Origin: Pelomyxa schiedti
Taxonomy: Eukaryota > Protista > Evosea
Direction: 5' to 3'
Length of the DNA stretch: 44,850 nt
Assembly (NCBI GenBank): GCA_020536535.1
Contig: JAHLWZ010000408.1
Location: 1 to 44,850, forward strand
Below, piece after piece: positions 11,136 through 22,100 of the stretch. The translations under genes were made by a program, and so were the position numbers. Every line of letters begins with the position of its first letter. The first letter of the stretch is position 1. The notes under the pieces are model-generated. The model saw only the letters and a program-made list of their open reading frames with translations. It searched no databases and had not been told where the DNA came from.

Positions 11136-14100
11136 ATGTCGTGGTGTCCTACTACGACCACACCAGTGTACAGGACAGTGAGCGAGGCCGGGGCTTCGAT
11201 GAACAACGCGCACAACGTCAGGATCGTCGCTCTCCTGGAGCAGCCCCCCTGCACCGTCACGGCAGCCGCCACCGCCTGCAACACCACCAGCAGCACAAGC
11301 ACAAGGGGGGGAGGGGGCGACGAGCGGGAGCGGGACCGGGAGGGTGAAGGAGAGGGAGAGGGAGAGGGAGAGGGAGAGGGAGAGGGAGAGGGAGAGGGGC
11401 GTGAGCGTGAGGGACAGGATGTGGGGGGGCCCGCATGCGGTCGTGGTTGGCCCGGATGAGCGCGTCTTGTGCTACACGCTAACGGAGGTTGATGCCAAGC
11501 CAGACCCAACTCGCATCGTGAAGGTGTGCTATTGTTATTAATTTATACAAATTGATTCTCATTTTCTCTTTTTATTGTATTAATATTTAATTATCAGATA
11601 TTTTATTTTGTGAACAAATAGGTTCGGCTTAATAAATAATACCACAGTCAATAATTAATCCACAGCCGCCGATGGGACTGCTGCAATACTCCGCACCAAG
11701 CGATATTCCTCTACCTCCTGATGCAAATGTATGTGCAGTGGGTCGTTTTTAATTCATTTTCGTATTTATAATTTTCTTTCCTATTTGGTCACCATTTTCC
11801 CCCACCACAGAGCCGGGATTTTTGGATCAACCTATTGGACTCCAGGCCAAACCACATTCACCTCGCAGCTGATTCAGCATCATCTCTCCGAATTTCGGAT
11901 GGTGTCATTGTTGTTGTGGACTGCCTTGAGTGCATTCCTTTCCAAACTGAGTCACTCATTTGGAAGGCACTTGCCGAGCGTGTCAAGCCGGTTTTGGTGC
12001 TGAACAACGTTGACAGGCTCATTGAACTCAAGAAGGAGGAGGATCCAGAGGAAGTGTTCCGGACACTCTCCCGTTCAATTGATGGTCTCAACTGCATCAT
12101 TTCAACCTTTGTTGACAGCCCTTCCACGATTGGTGGTGATGGTGAGTCATGGGCCCTTTCACCAGAGAAAGGAAATGCGGTGTTTGCAAGTTCGCGAGAA
12201 GGATGGGCATTCACAATTGGTCACTTTGCCCGGCTTTACGCATCCAGGTTTGGGTTGAATCCTGAACAAACGACGCACAGACTCTGGGGTGAGAACTATT
12301 ATGATCCCGTTGCGCGGAAGTGGAAGACAGACCCAAACGGTGAAGGGGGAAAGCGATTTCCACGGTTCTTCTGCCAATTTATCATTGAGCCCATGTGCAG
12401 ACTTCGTGCAACCTTGATTGAGGGTGATCTGACCAAGCGTGACTCAATGCTTTGCAAGATTGGTGTTGTTCTCAGGGATACCGAAAGGGTGGGTCTTCTA
12501 TTTTAACACACCTTTGCACTGAACTACAACAGAGTTTGACCCACCAGGCACTTGTGAATTGTGTGATGGGAAAGTGGCTTCCATTCAGCAGCACAATCCT
12601 GGAAGTCATTGCCGTGCACCTACCGTCGCCTGTTGTTGCACAGCAGTACCGAATTGAGAGCCTTTACACTGGGCCAATGAACGACGCTGTTGCCGAGTCA
12701 ATGAGAGCCTGTGATCCCAATGGACCACTCTTGGGTTTCGTGAGCAGCATGGTCCCTCTTTCACATGGAGGGAGGTTCCTTGCGTTGTGCCGTGTGTTCA
12801 GTGGCACCATCAACAGTGGAACGCAAGTGAGAATCATGGGACCTCAGTTTGTTCCCGGAATGAAGGTGCTGTCTTCCTGAACAAGTATTCAACTAACTTC
12901 TTGTTTAACAGTATGACCTGTTCATAAAGACAGTGCAAAAGATAGTTCTGTTAACGGGGCGATACTTCGAAAGTATCCCATCATGCCCCTGTGGAAACGT
13001 GATTGGGCTCATTGGTATCGATTCCTTCCTCGTCAAGTCCGGCACAATCTCCGATTTTGAGGAGGCACACAAGATCAAAGACATGAAGTTCAGTGACACA
13101 CCAGTTGTGAAAGTCACCGTTGAGCCAAAGATTCCAGCAGACCTTCCAAGATTCGTTGAGGGTCTCAAGAGGCTTTCAAGATCAGACCCACTGTGCCAGT
13201 GCAACATCGAGGAAAGTGGTGATCACACAATCTCGTGTGCAAGTGAGCTCCACCTTGAGATGTGCCTCCATGACTTGTCAGAGCTGTTTTGCTCGGCTCC
13301 CCTCAGAGTGGGTACACCAATTACATCGATTCGCGAGACCATTCTGGCTGACTCCAAAGTTCTGTTGACTAAATCACCCAACAAATTCAACAGGCTTTAC
13401 ATGAATGCCCAACCGCTTCGAGACGACCTCACTGACGCCATTGATAACAGAACCACCATCAACTCCAAAATGGAACCCAGGATTCTTGCCCGCACACTCG
13501 TTGAACAGTTCAACTGGGAACAAGCTGATGCCCGAAAAGTGTGGTGCTTTGGGCCTGAACAAACTGGGCCCAATTTGCTTGTTGATGGGACAAAGGCTGT
13601 GCAGTATCTCAACGAGATCAAGGACTCGGTGACAAGTGCATTCCAATGGGCAATGAAGGAAGGCCCACTGTGTGATGAGCCAGTCCGGGGAGTCAGAATC
13701 AACCTCCACGATGTTACTATGACCTGTGATATCAACCGCCGAGGTGGGGGACAAATCATTCCCACAGCCAGGAGGTGTTTCTATGGATGCATTCTCAGTG
13801 CAACCCCGGCTATTGCTGAACCAGTTTACCTCGTGGAACTCCAGGTATCTGGTTTCCCTATTTTCATGATTCCTCACGATTGTTTCAGTGCCGGACCGCA
13901 ACACTCGGGGCAGTTTACTCGATTATCATGCGGCGGCGAGGACAAGTCATCTGGGAGGACCAGAGACCCGGATGGGAAACAATCACCACAGTCCGGGCAC
14001 ACATTCCTGTGATGGAATCGTTTGGGTTCCCCTCTGAACTCCGGAGTTGCAGCTGCAGAACGGAAACTACTGCACATGATGATGACGGAGAGGGAGGAGG

Positions 14101-14287
14101 AGGAATGGCCATTGTGGAAGGAAGCTCATGCGAGATTGTGACGATGGTGTTTGATCACTGGGCGGTGATGACAGGCGACCCTCACGACACAATGACGCGG
14201 TGTGGGGCCGTGGTGTCACGTGTCAGGTCCCACAAGTGCCTCCCTCCTTCAATCCCCAACGTGGACACTTTCGTTGACAAACTTTAA
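11136..14287 (+). CDS. Divergent eukaryotic elongation factor 2 paralog (pseudo-GTPase; diphthamide His->Arg); apparent frameshift in exon 1
   Basis: Exons ~11136-11523, 11666-11728, 11811-12488, 12533-12865, 12912-13844, 13889-14287. EF-2 motifs [76 protein letters not shown], VFDHW. Confidence 0.9.
11349..11397 (+). repeat. (GAGGGA)n microsatellite in EF-2 paralog exon 1
   Basis: About eight tandem GAGGGA units read directly from the sequence. Confidence 0.9.
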
Positions 14288-14478
14288 AGTCACACTAGAA
14301 AAAGATGTACAATTAAATTGTCTACTGTATGTTGGGAAACCTTCGTTCTAAAGAAAACTGAAAACCCTTGTTGCCAACAACATTCGTCCGCAAAAAAGTT
14401 CGTTGCAGCACCAAACAAACAACGACACGTTCGGGTGCGGGTACGAAAAATTTGGGAAAGAAAAGTTTGTTGGAAAAT

Positions 14479-16659
14479 TCATGCGTCCTGTGTTTCCCAC
14501 CCTGTGGGAGTCTCGACTGTCTGTGTGATGAACACCCATAAGTCTGTTTCTCTGCTCAGCTGACTCTCACGGCACAGAGCCTGATGGAGATCTGCAGCCT
14601 GGTGCTCTGACATTCCCAGCCTGGAAACAGAGAGCTTAATGTGGCGTGGCGATGCAACTGCAACGCTCGTCAAGCTGTGATTTTCTGTGACAGTTGCAGC
14701 TGTAAGATCTGGGAACTGTCGGAGAAGCATCCTCCAGGTTCTGACGTCAACATAACCCCATTCAAAAACGGTTCTCTTTGTCCCCTCCTGGAGAGTGATG
14801 TGGAACTTTCTGATGAGCCACTCAGCACAACTTGCCTTGGACATTCTGATCAACTCAAACAACAGATCGTTTCTGTTGTGTGTGACCTGGTCTCTTGTCA
14901 GGTTGAAACTCTCAATCAACCACTTCACAACTTTGCTGGAAGTGCACTCCTCCGGCAAGGATTCTGCCACTTCTGAATGTGAGAACTGACCAAGTGCTGC
15001 CATCCTCTGTGCAGAAGCCAAGTCTGCCTTTGGGAGGCATTTCAGCACTTTTTTCCACATTTTTGCAGTTGTTTGGTCACGTGGAATGTGAAATGTCTCC
15101 AACAGATACAGTGCTCCTCTGATGTTGCCAATCCTAACACACTTCCGTACAGCCTCCACGACTTCATCCTGCCCAATGAGTTGATGTGGAACGTGGTGAA
15201 GGAACCATTTCAGAGCTTCTGGGCCCTCATAGTATTGAGTTGCAGTTGCACATGAAAGAGTGAGAACTTTCGTTCTTTCACCACCAGGTGCTCCTCTTGC
15301 TTGGGTGAAGTGAAAAGTATCATCCAACCAGTCAGCAACTGCAAAATTTCCAACAGACAGTGCCTTTGTGATTGAATCTTCAGTTACCTTTGGTGGAAGG
15401 TTTTTGGCTCTCTCCACCATGACTTTCACCACTGCAACACTATCTTTGTAGTTTTGGAAAACTTGGTCAAAACATTCAGGAAGAGGCACATTGAAGGTGT
15501 CAATGAGCCACTCAATGAGATTTGCATCACAGATGTGCTTGTAGGCACAATACAAACAGAAGCTTTCAGGGAAGCATTGGGAGTTTGTTTCTTTGGGACT
15601 CAGCAAGCCACGATTAATGAGCCACCTCAAGGTCTCTTGATGGAAGACAAAGGTAAACTCTGCACGTAGTTTCAGTGCTGGGAACTCTTCAGCAAGCAAC
15701 TCGCACCCTTTAATTTGTTCCTCTGCTGTTCCATTACCTTCCACCAAGCCAGAGAGCACAAGGTCAGCATCCCCTTGTGCCATAGTGATCATTTCATCAT
15801 CATACCACTTCATCACCTCGAGGTTCCCACTCTGTCCTATCCACTTGTCTAACCCTCCCATCGCAGCTAATACCTTATTCATTTCGAAGTGGCATGCCAG
15901 CCACTTAGCCACAGCAAGGTGTCCACGCCCAAGTGCCACACAAAACGGGAAGGCCAGCTCCCACTCCTTCACACCAAACCTCGCAACGATCCACTTGGCA
16001 ACATCCAGGTGGCCCTCCCTGCACACCCTCATCAACAGCGTTGTTCTGTCTTCGCCCTTGCACGCACACCTGTAATCCCTGACCACCATGTTCCATCCGT
16101 CCCTATCATCACCCTCGCACCACCTCACCCCACAATCCCCCCACCACCTTCTACTGGCATTTGCCGTTGTATCTTCCGCAGGATGGCCATCACCAATAAC
16201 ACCACAACCACTACCCACAAACAACTTAGCCGTGGCCAGGTGGCCACCCACGCACAGCCCCCACAGCACAGCCAGCCCCTCCTTCTCCTCCCTGCCGCTC
16301 CCGCGCCCGCTCCCCCGCCGGCGGTGCCCAACGATCCACGCGGCGCACCTGCCCCGCTCCCCGGGGTCCCCCGCGGCGTCCGCGGCGCACTCGAGGGCAA
16401 AGTAGGACGAGGAGCCGCGGTGCCTCCGCCACAGCGGGCCGCCGGCCCCGAGGACCGCCGCGCAGGCCCGCGGGACCAGAGGGAACATGGCCTCGGCCAC
16501 CCGCATCACCGCCACGCAGTCACGGCGGGCTGCCCCGGGGGCCGGCTCGGCACTGCGATCGGAGGAGGGCCTCTCCACCCACGTTGGCACCACCACGTGG
16601 TCCCACACAACCCGCGACAGCAGTAGCAACCGGTCCAATTGCTGCTGCGCCCTGGTCAT
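14479..16659 (-). CDS. Degenerate ankyrin-repeat-like protein, tandem paralog 1 (intronless)
   Basis: LCVGGHLATAKLF, VCREGHLDVAKWIV, ALGRGHLAVAKWL, ALSVGNFAVADWL; likely ATG at 16659 (MTRAQQQLDR). Confidence 0.75.
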   Translation of the reverse strand: MTRAQQQLDRLLLLSRVVWDHVVVPTWVERPSSDRSAEPAPGAARRDCVAVMRVAEAMFPLVPRACAAVLGAGGPLWRRHRGSSSYFALECAADAAGDPGERGRCAAWIVGHRRRGSGRGSGREEKEGLAVLWGLCVGGHLATAKLFVGSGCGVIGDGHPAEDTTANASRRWWGDCGVRWCEGDDRDGWNMVVRDYRCACKGEDRTTLLMRVCREGHLDVAKWIVARFGVKEWELAFPFCVALGRGHLAVAKWLACHFEMNKVLAAMGGLDKWIGQSGNLEVMKWYDDEMITMAQGDADLVLSGLVEGNGTAEEQIKGCELLAEEFPALKLRAEFTFVFHQETLRWLINRGLLSPKETNSQCFPESFCLYCAYKHICDANLIEWLIDTFNVPLPECFDQVFQNYKDSVAVVKVMVERAKNLPPKVTEDSITKALSVGNFAVADWLDDTFHFTQARGAPGGERTKVLTLSCATATQYYEGPEALKWFLHHVPHQLIGQDEVVEAVRKCVRIGNIRGALYLLETFHIPRDQTTAKMWKKVLKCLPKADLASAQRMAALGQFSHSEVAESLPEECTSSKVVKWLIESFNLTRDQVTHNRNDLLFELIRMSKASCAEWLIRKFHITLQEGTKRTVFEWGYVDVRTWRMLLRQFPDLTAATVTENHSLTSVAVASPRHIKLSVSRLGMSEHQAADLHQALCRESQLSRETDLWVFITQTVETPTGWETQDA

Positions 16660-16718
16660 TTTGATGTTGCGGCTTTCCAGGAAAGAAAACAAAAATTGTT
16701 CTGGGGTGTGTGGGGAAC

Positions 16719-19019
16719 TCACGATTTTTTCTTCCTCGATTGTGCGCACCCTGTAGGAACCTCATCTCTCTGTGTGATGGCAACCCACAAGTCTGTTTCT
16801 CTACTCAGATCGGTCTCGCTGGCGCTCTCGTGGCACAGAGCCTGATGGAGATCCACAGCCACGTCCAGTGCGAGTCCCAGCCTGGAAACAGAGAGCTCGA
16901 TGTTGCGGGGTGACGCCACCGCAACGGTCATTAAGTTGTCATTGCCTGTCACAATGGCAGCTGTCAGGCCTGGGAACTGTCGCAGAAGCATCCTCCAGGT
17001 TCGCACGTCGACATTACTCCATTCAAAAATGGTGAATCCCTCGTAATCTGAAAGCAGGCGCCTCTTTGCCATGAATAATACCTTTGGGTGTTATCTTTGT
17101 TTGTAAAGAAAAAGGGAGGGAACAAGGAAAACCTCCTGAAGTGTGATGTGGAACTTTCTGATGAGCCACTCAGCGCAGTTTGCCTTGGAGTTGCTGATCA
17201 ATTCAAACAACAGCTCGTTTCTGTTGTGTGTGACTTGGTCTCTTGTCAGGTTGAAACTCTCAATCAACCACTTCACAGCTTTGCTGGAAGTGCACATTGG
17301 CAATTTCTTCGGCAAGAATTCTGCAGCTTCTGAATGTGAGAACTGGCCAAGTGCTGCAATCTTCTGTGCTGAGGCCAGGTCTGCGTTTGGGAGGCATTTT
17401 AACACTTTTTTCCACATTCTTGCAGTGGCTTTTTCACGTGGAATGTGAAATGTCTCCAACAGATACAGTGCTCCTCTGATGTTGTTTCTGGGAACCCTAA
17501 CACACTCCTGTACAGCCTCGACTACTTCATTCTGCCCAATGAGTTGATGTGGAACGCGGTGAAGGAACCATTTCAGAGCTTCTGCGCTCTCAGAGTATTG
17601 AGCTACGCATGAAAGAGTGAGGGATTTCGTTCCTCCACCACCAGGTGCTCCTCTTGCTTGGGTGAAGTGATAAGTATCATCCAACCAGTCTGCAACTGCA
17701 AAATTTCCAACAGACAGTGCCTTCGTGATTGAATCTTCAGTTACCTTTGCTGGCAAACTCTTGGCTCTCTGAATCATGACTTTCACCACTGCAACGCTAT
17801 CTTTGGAGTTTTGGAAAACTTTGTCAAAACATTCAGGAAGAGGCACATTGAAGGTGTCAATGAGCCACTCAATTAGATTTGCATCACAGATGTGGTTGTA
17901 TGCACAATACAAGCAGAACCTTTCAGGGGAACACTGGGGGCTGGTTTCTTTGGGACTCAGCAAGCCATGATTAATGAGCCACCTCAAGGTCTCTTGGCGG
18001 CAGACTTGGGTATACTTTGTATCCAGTGTCAGTCCTGAGAACTGTTCAGCAAGCAACTTGCATCCTTCAATTTGCTCCTCTGCAGTTCCATTACCTTCCA
18101 CCAAGCCAGAGAGCACATGTACAGCATCCTCTTCTGTCATAATGATCTCATCATCATACCACTTGATCACCGCAAGGTTACCACTATACCCTATCGACTC
18201 TTTGAACCCTCCCAGAACATCTATAGCAATCTCCACATCGAAGTGGCATGCCAACCACTGAGCCACAGCAAGGTGGCCATGCCAAAGTGCCACACAAAAC
18301 GGGAAGAACAGCTCCCACTCCTTCACACCAAACCTCGCCACGATCCACTTGGCAACACCCAGGTGGCCCTCCCTGCACACCCTCATCAACAGCGTGGTGC
18401 TGAATTCGCCCCTACACATACACCTGTAATCCCTCACCACCAGGTTCCACCCATCCCTATCATCACCCATTCCACCACCACCCTCACACCACCTCACCCC
18501 ACAATCCTCCCACCACCACCGCCTTCCAGCAGTTGCAGGATTGTCACCAACGACACCATCCACAAACAACTTGGCCGTGGCCAGGTGGCCGCCCACGCAC
18601 AGCCCCCACAGCACAGCCAGCCCCTCCTTCTCCCCCTGGTCCCTGCGGCTCCCCCTCCCTCTCCCCCTGGTCCTCCCCCTGTGCCCCGTGATGATCCACG
18701 CGGCGCACCTGCCCCGCTCCCCGGGGTCTCCCGCGGCGTCCGCGGCGCACTCGAGGGCAAAGTAGGACGAGGAGCCGCGGTGCCTCAGCCACAGCGGGCC
18801 GCCGGCGCCGAGGACCGCCGCGCAGGCCCGCGGGACCAGAGGGAACATGGCCTCGGCCACCCGCATCACCGCCACGCAGTCACGGCGGGCCGCCCCGGGG
18901 GCCGGCTCGGCACTGCGGTCGGAGGAGGGCCTCTCCACCCACGTTGGCACCACCACGTGGTCCCACACAACCCGCGACAGCAACATGAGCCGGTCCAGTC
19001 GCTGTTGTTCGCTAGTCAT
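16719..19019 (-). CDS. Degenerate ankyrin-repeat-like protein, tandem paralog 2 (one 51-nt intron, 17082-17132)
   Basis: Collinear with paralog 1; a GT-AG intron containing the in-frame stop joins LQE to VLFMAKRR...FEWSNVDVRTWRMLLRQFP. Confidence 0.75.
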
Positions 19020-19125
19020 CAATTGGATCGTTCTGCGTCTAGTAAACGTTGGAGACACACCGGGGAATTAAAAAATTAAAAAAGTATTTTTTTTTTTACA
19101 TTTTTTATTGTGTTAGTGGAGGAGG

Positions 19126-22100
19126 CTAGACCTTGCTTATGTTGGTATTGGTATAGTCGTTATCCTCCTCGGCTGGTACAGCAGGGGTGTCAATCACAAA
19201 GAGGGTGTGCCCCAGTGCATTCATCAGGGTCCATGAGGACAGGGCACCGGCGGCCACGACGCTGATGACTAGCGTGATGCACAGCCATATTTGGGCTGAT
19301 ACCTCGTCCACGTGCTCGATTGTGATTCCATCGGCTGCGCTTACTGATGAGGAAGCCGATGCGGATATTGCGGAATCATTGGCTTGCATTACATAGAGAG
19401 CCCAGTCACCTTTTTTGGGTGTTCCGGTTAGGCGTTATTTGGGATCGGGATTGTTATTTGTCTGTGGTTTGTTTTATGTTTCTTTTGCGTTTGCGCGCGA
19501 GGGATTTACTTCGGTTCTTTTCTGTTTTTTTTTTGTGGTTTGTGTGGAGAGAAAGAAAACCGGCGGCAATTGCAACAGTCTGAACGGAAAACACAAGTGT
19601 CCACCAATTGGGCGTGAACGGTGCCTACGTGTGGTTAACGGAGCGAAAGGAAAGGTAGTTCTTACTCTTATCCAGAGGAGGGTCAGTCTTCCCAGAAGCA
19701 GAAGCATGAAGAACGAGAAAAATACACAAAATTTGAAGAAGGCCTCAGGACCTTCAATCGAGTTATATGCAACACCACCAAGAGCGGCAGGAGCCATCAA
19801 CAAGAAAATGACAGGGATCAGTGCTCGTGACCCTAACCTTGATTGAAGAAGGTTCACCTGCAAAGAGATTTTAAAAACTAGAGAAGCAGATTTGGAATCA
19901 TACAAAGAAAATAGTACTCAAAACTAGCCAGAAAAATACTCCAGCAGAATAAAATAACCATGTTATATGCAGAATATCCACACTACCTCCAGCATAAGCT
20001 AACATAAAATTTCCAACTAGAAGAAGGTGTTAATAACGTTATTAATCTGGAAATTTAATTATTTAATCTTTAACGGGATTTACCAACAGGGAGAAAGCAG
20101 GTTGGGCTACAGTCTGTTAGTTTGGTTCGCGGTGCGGTGAACCATCTCCCAACAAGGAAAATCGTCAGAGGGAGATGAACGGCGGCTGATATGGTCTAAT
20201 GAGAAGTAAGTACTTCCAGGAACAGGAGTGTCCCGTCATTACCCAAAGAACGATGGCGAGATTCCGTAGGTCCGCATTGGAAGAAGCAACTGACAATAAG
20301 AGAAGTGTTATGCCAGGAGTAGTGTAGTAGTTTCCTTTCATATGATGGAAAAGTTCTCCCCAAACAATTCTGGGAAAAAGTTAAATCATTTGATCAAGTC
20401 CAAAGAATTGCACTACCTGGGAAATAGAAACACACGCAGTGCGAACGTTATCAAAGTTATTAGCAGCACAACAGCTGATGCAATGGCTATGGCATGCGCT
20501 ATTGCTGCTGGGATATTAGACCACACTTCATGCATCTTGAACCAGACAATAGACAAAGCCGCAAATGACATTGGTATACAAAACAGACTTGCAAAGAAGT
20601 AGCGAAGCCATCCTCCCAGAGGTACGTTCATGGGCTGAATCGGCTGGAAGCCAAAACCGGTACCTTTTGAGTATTTTGGAGGCTTGTATCCAGACGGTTT
20701 CAGGGCCCACTGCTCCGATTCCACTTGCTCCTATGCTGAGTCAAGAATAGATTTGTAGTAGAAAGGAAAATACTTTGGTGTCGGTTGTTGCTTCCTCCTG
20801 TTTTGTGGTGGGTTCATTCACTGGGGTTTTTTCAGGAGTTCCACTTATGCGTTTTACGTAGGCAGCAAACTTCTCCCTGCTTGGAGTTCTGCTTATTTCT
20901 CTGCGGCGTCCATCATAATCCCAACTTGCGCTTCTCCAGCTTCTACTTCTGCTCCTTCCATCCCAAGTCCTACTATAAAAGCTAGCCCCATATCTGCTGT
21001 CCCAACTACCTCCATATCTACTCCCCCAGGGGCTAGCCCCATATCTACTGTCCCAACTTACAAAGCTGCCCCGCCTCTGGGGGCTGATACTTTGGAAGCT
21101 CCTCCCGCGACTTCTATCTCTCCAAGATCTACTTCCACTTCCACTTCCACTAACCCAGCTCCTGCTTGGGCTCTTGCTCATAGGGCTTCTACTTCTACTC
21201 CCAAGACTCCTGCTTCTGAAACTCCTGCTTCTGACACTCCTACTCTGGACGCTTCTCCCTCTGCTTCCGCTTCTCCAACTCCTTAAACTTGGGCTTCTGC
21301 TTACATTACTTCTGCTTCGACCTCGACTTCGACTTCGAAAGCCAATGCTTCCACTCCCGCCTTTTTTCTGCTGAAATCTTTGTAGGAATCTTGAGTCAGT
21401 ACTAGTACTTCTTCCCCTGCTTCTACTCCTGCTCATTTTTATGTTCCTGCGCCCACTCTTACTTCTACTCCTACTCCTACTCCTACTACTCCTGCTCCTG
21501 CTCCTACTGGCACTTCTGCTAATATTTCCTCTGCCCCTCCTGAGTTTCGTTTTCAGTTTCGAATTGCTGCCTGCATGAACAACCACAGAGGATGTTGAAG
21601 AGTCTCTATCATTGGCCCCAGCAGAAGCAGTTGCGGTAGCGGCCAGAGGAGTAGGTGCCGGAGGAGCATTTCTCTTGGGAAGTGGTAGTGGAATTCCCAC
21701 AGGTGTTGGCGGTGGCATTTGTTGCCTGGGGGGTACCCGCGGAGCCGGTAGTGGTGGTAAATCCAGACCAATAAGGGTAGGTGGTGCCATTTGTTGCCTA
21801 GGAGGTATTGGGGGAGCGGGGGTTGAAGGAGGCCTTACAACTCCAGGTGAGGGTGCTTTAGGGGAAGCAGCGGGGCTGTTTCTGGCAATGGATGGTACTT
21901 TAGGGGAGGCAGCAGGAGAGTTTCTAGGAAAGGAAGGAGCCTTGCCTTGTAGTGCAATTTTCTGCAGTGACGGGGATCGTGACCTAGAACTGGATGGAGA
22001 ATTTCGGGAACGCCGGCCGGCAACGGGGGATCGAGAACGAGACATTGAGCGTGAGTATCTGGACCGGGAGCGGGAATTCGACCCAGATTTGGAACGTGAG

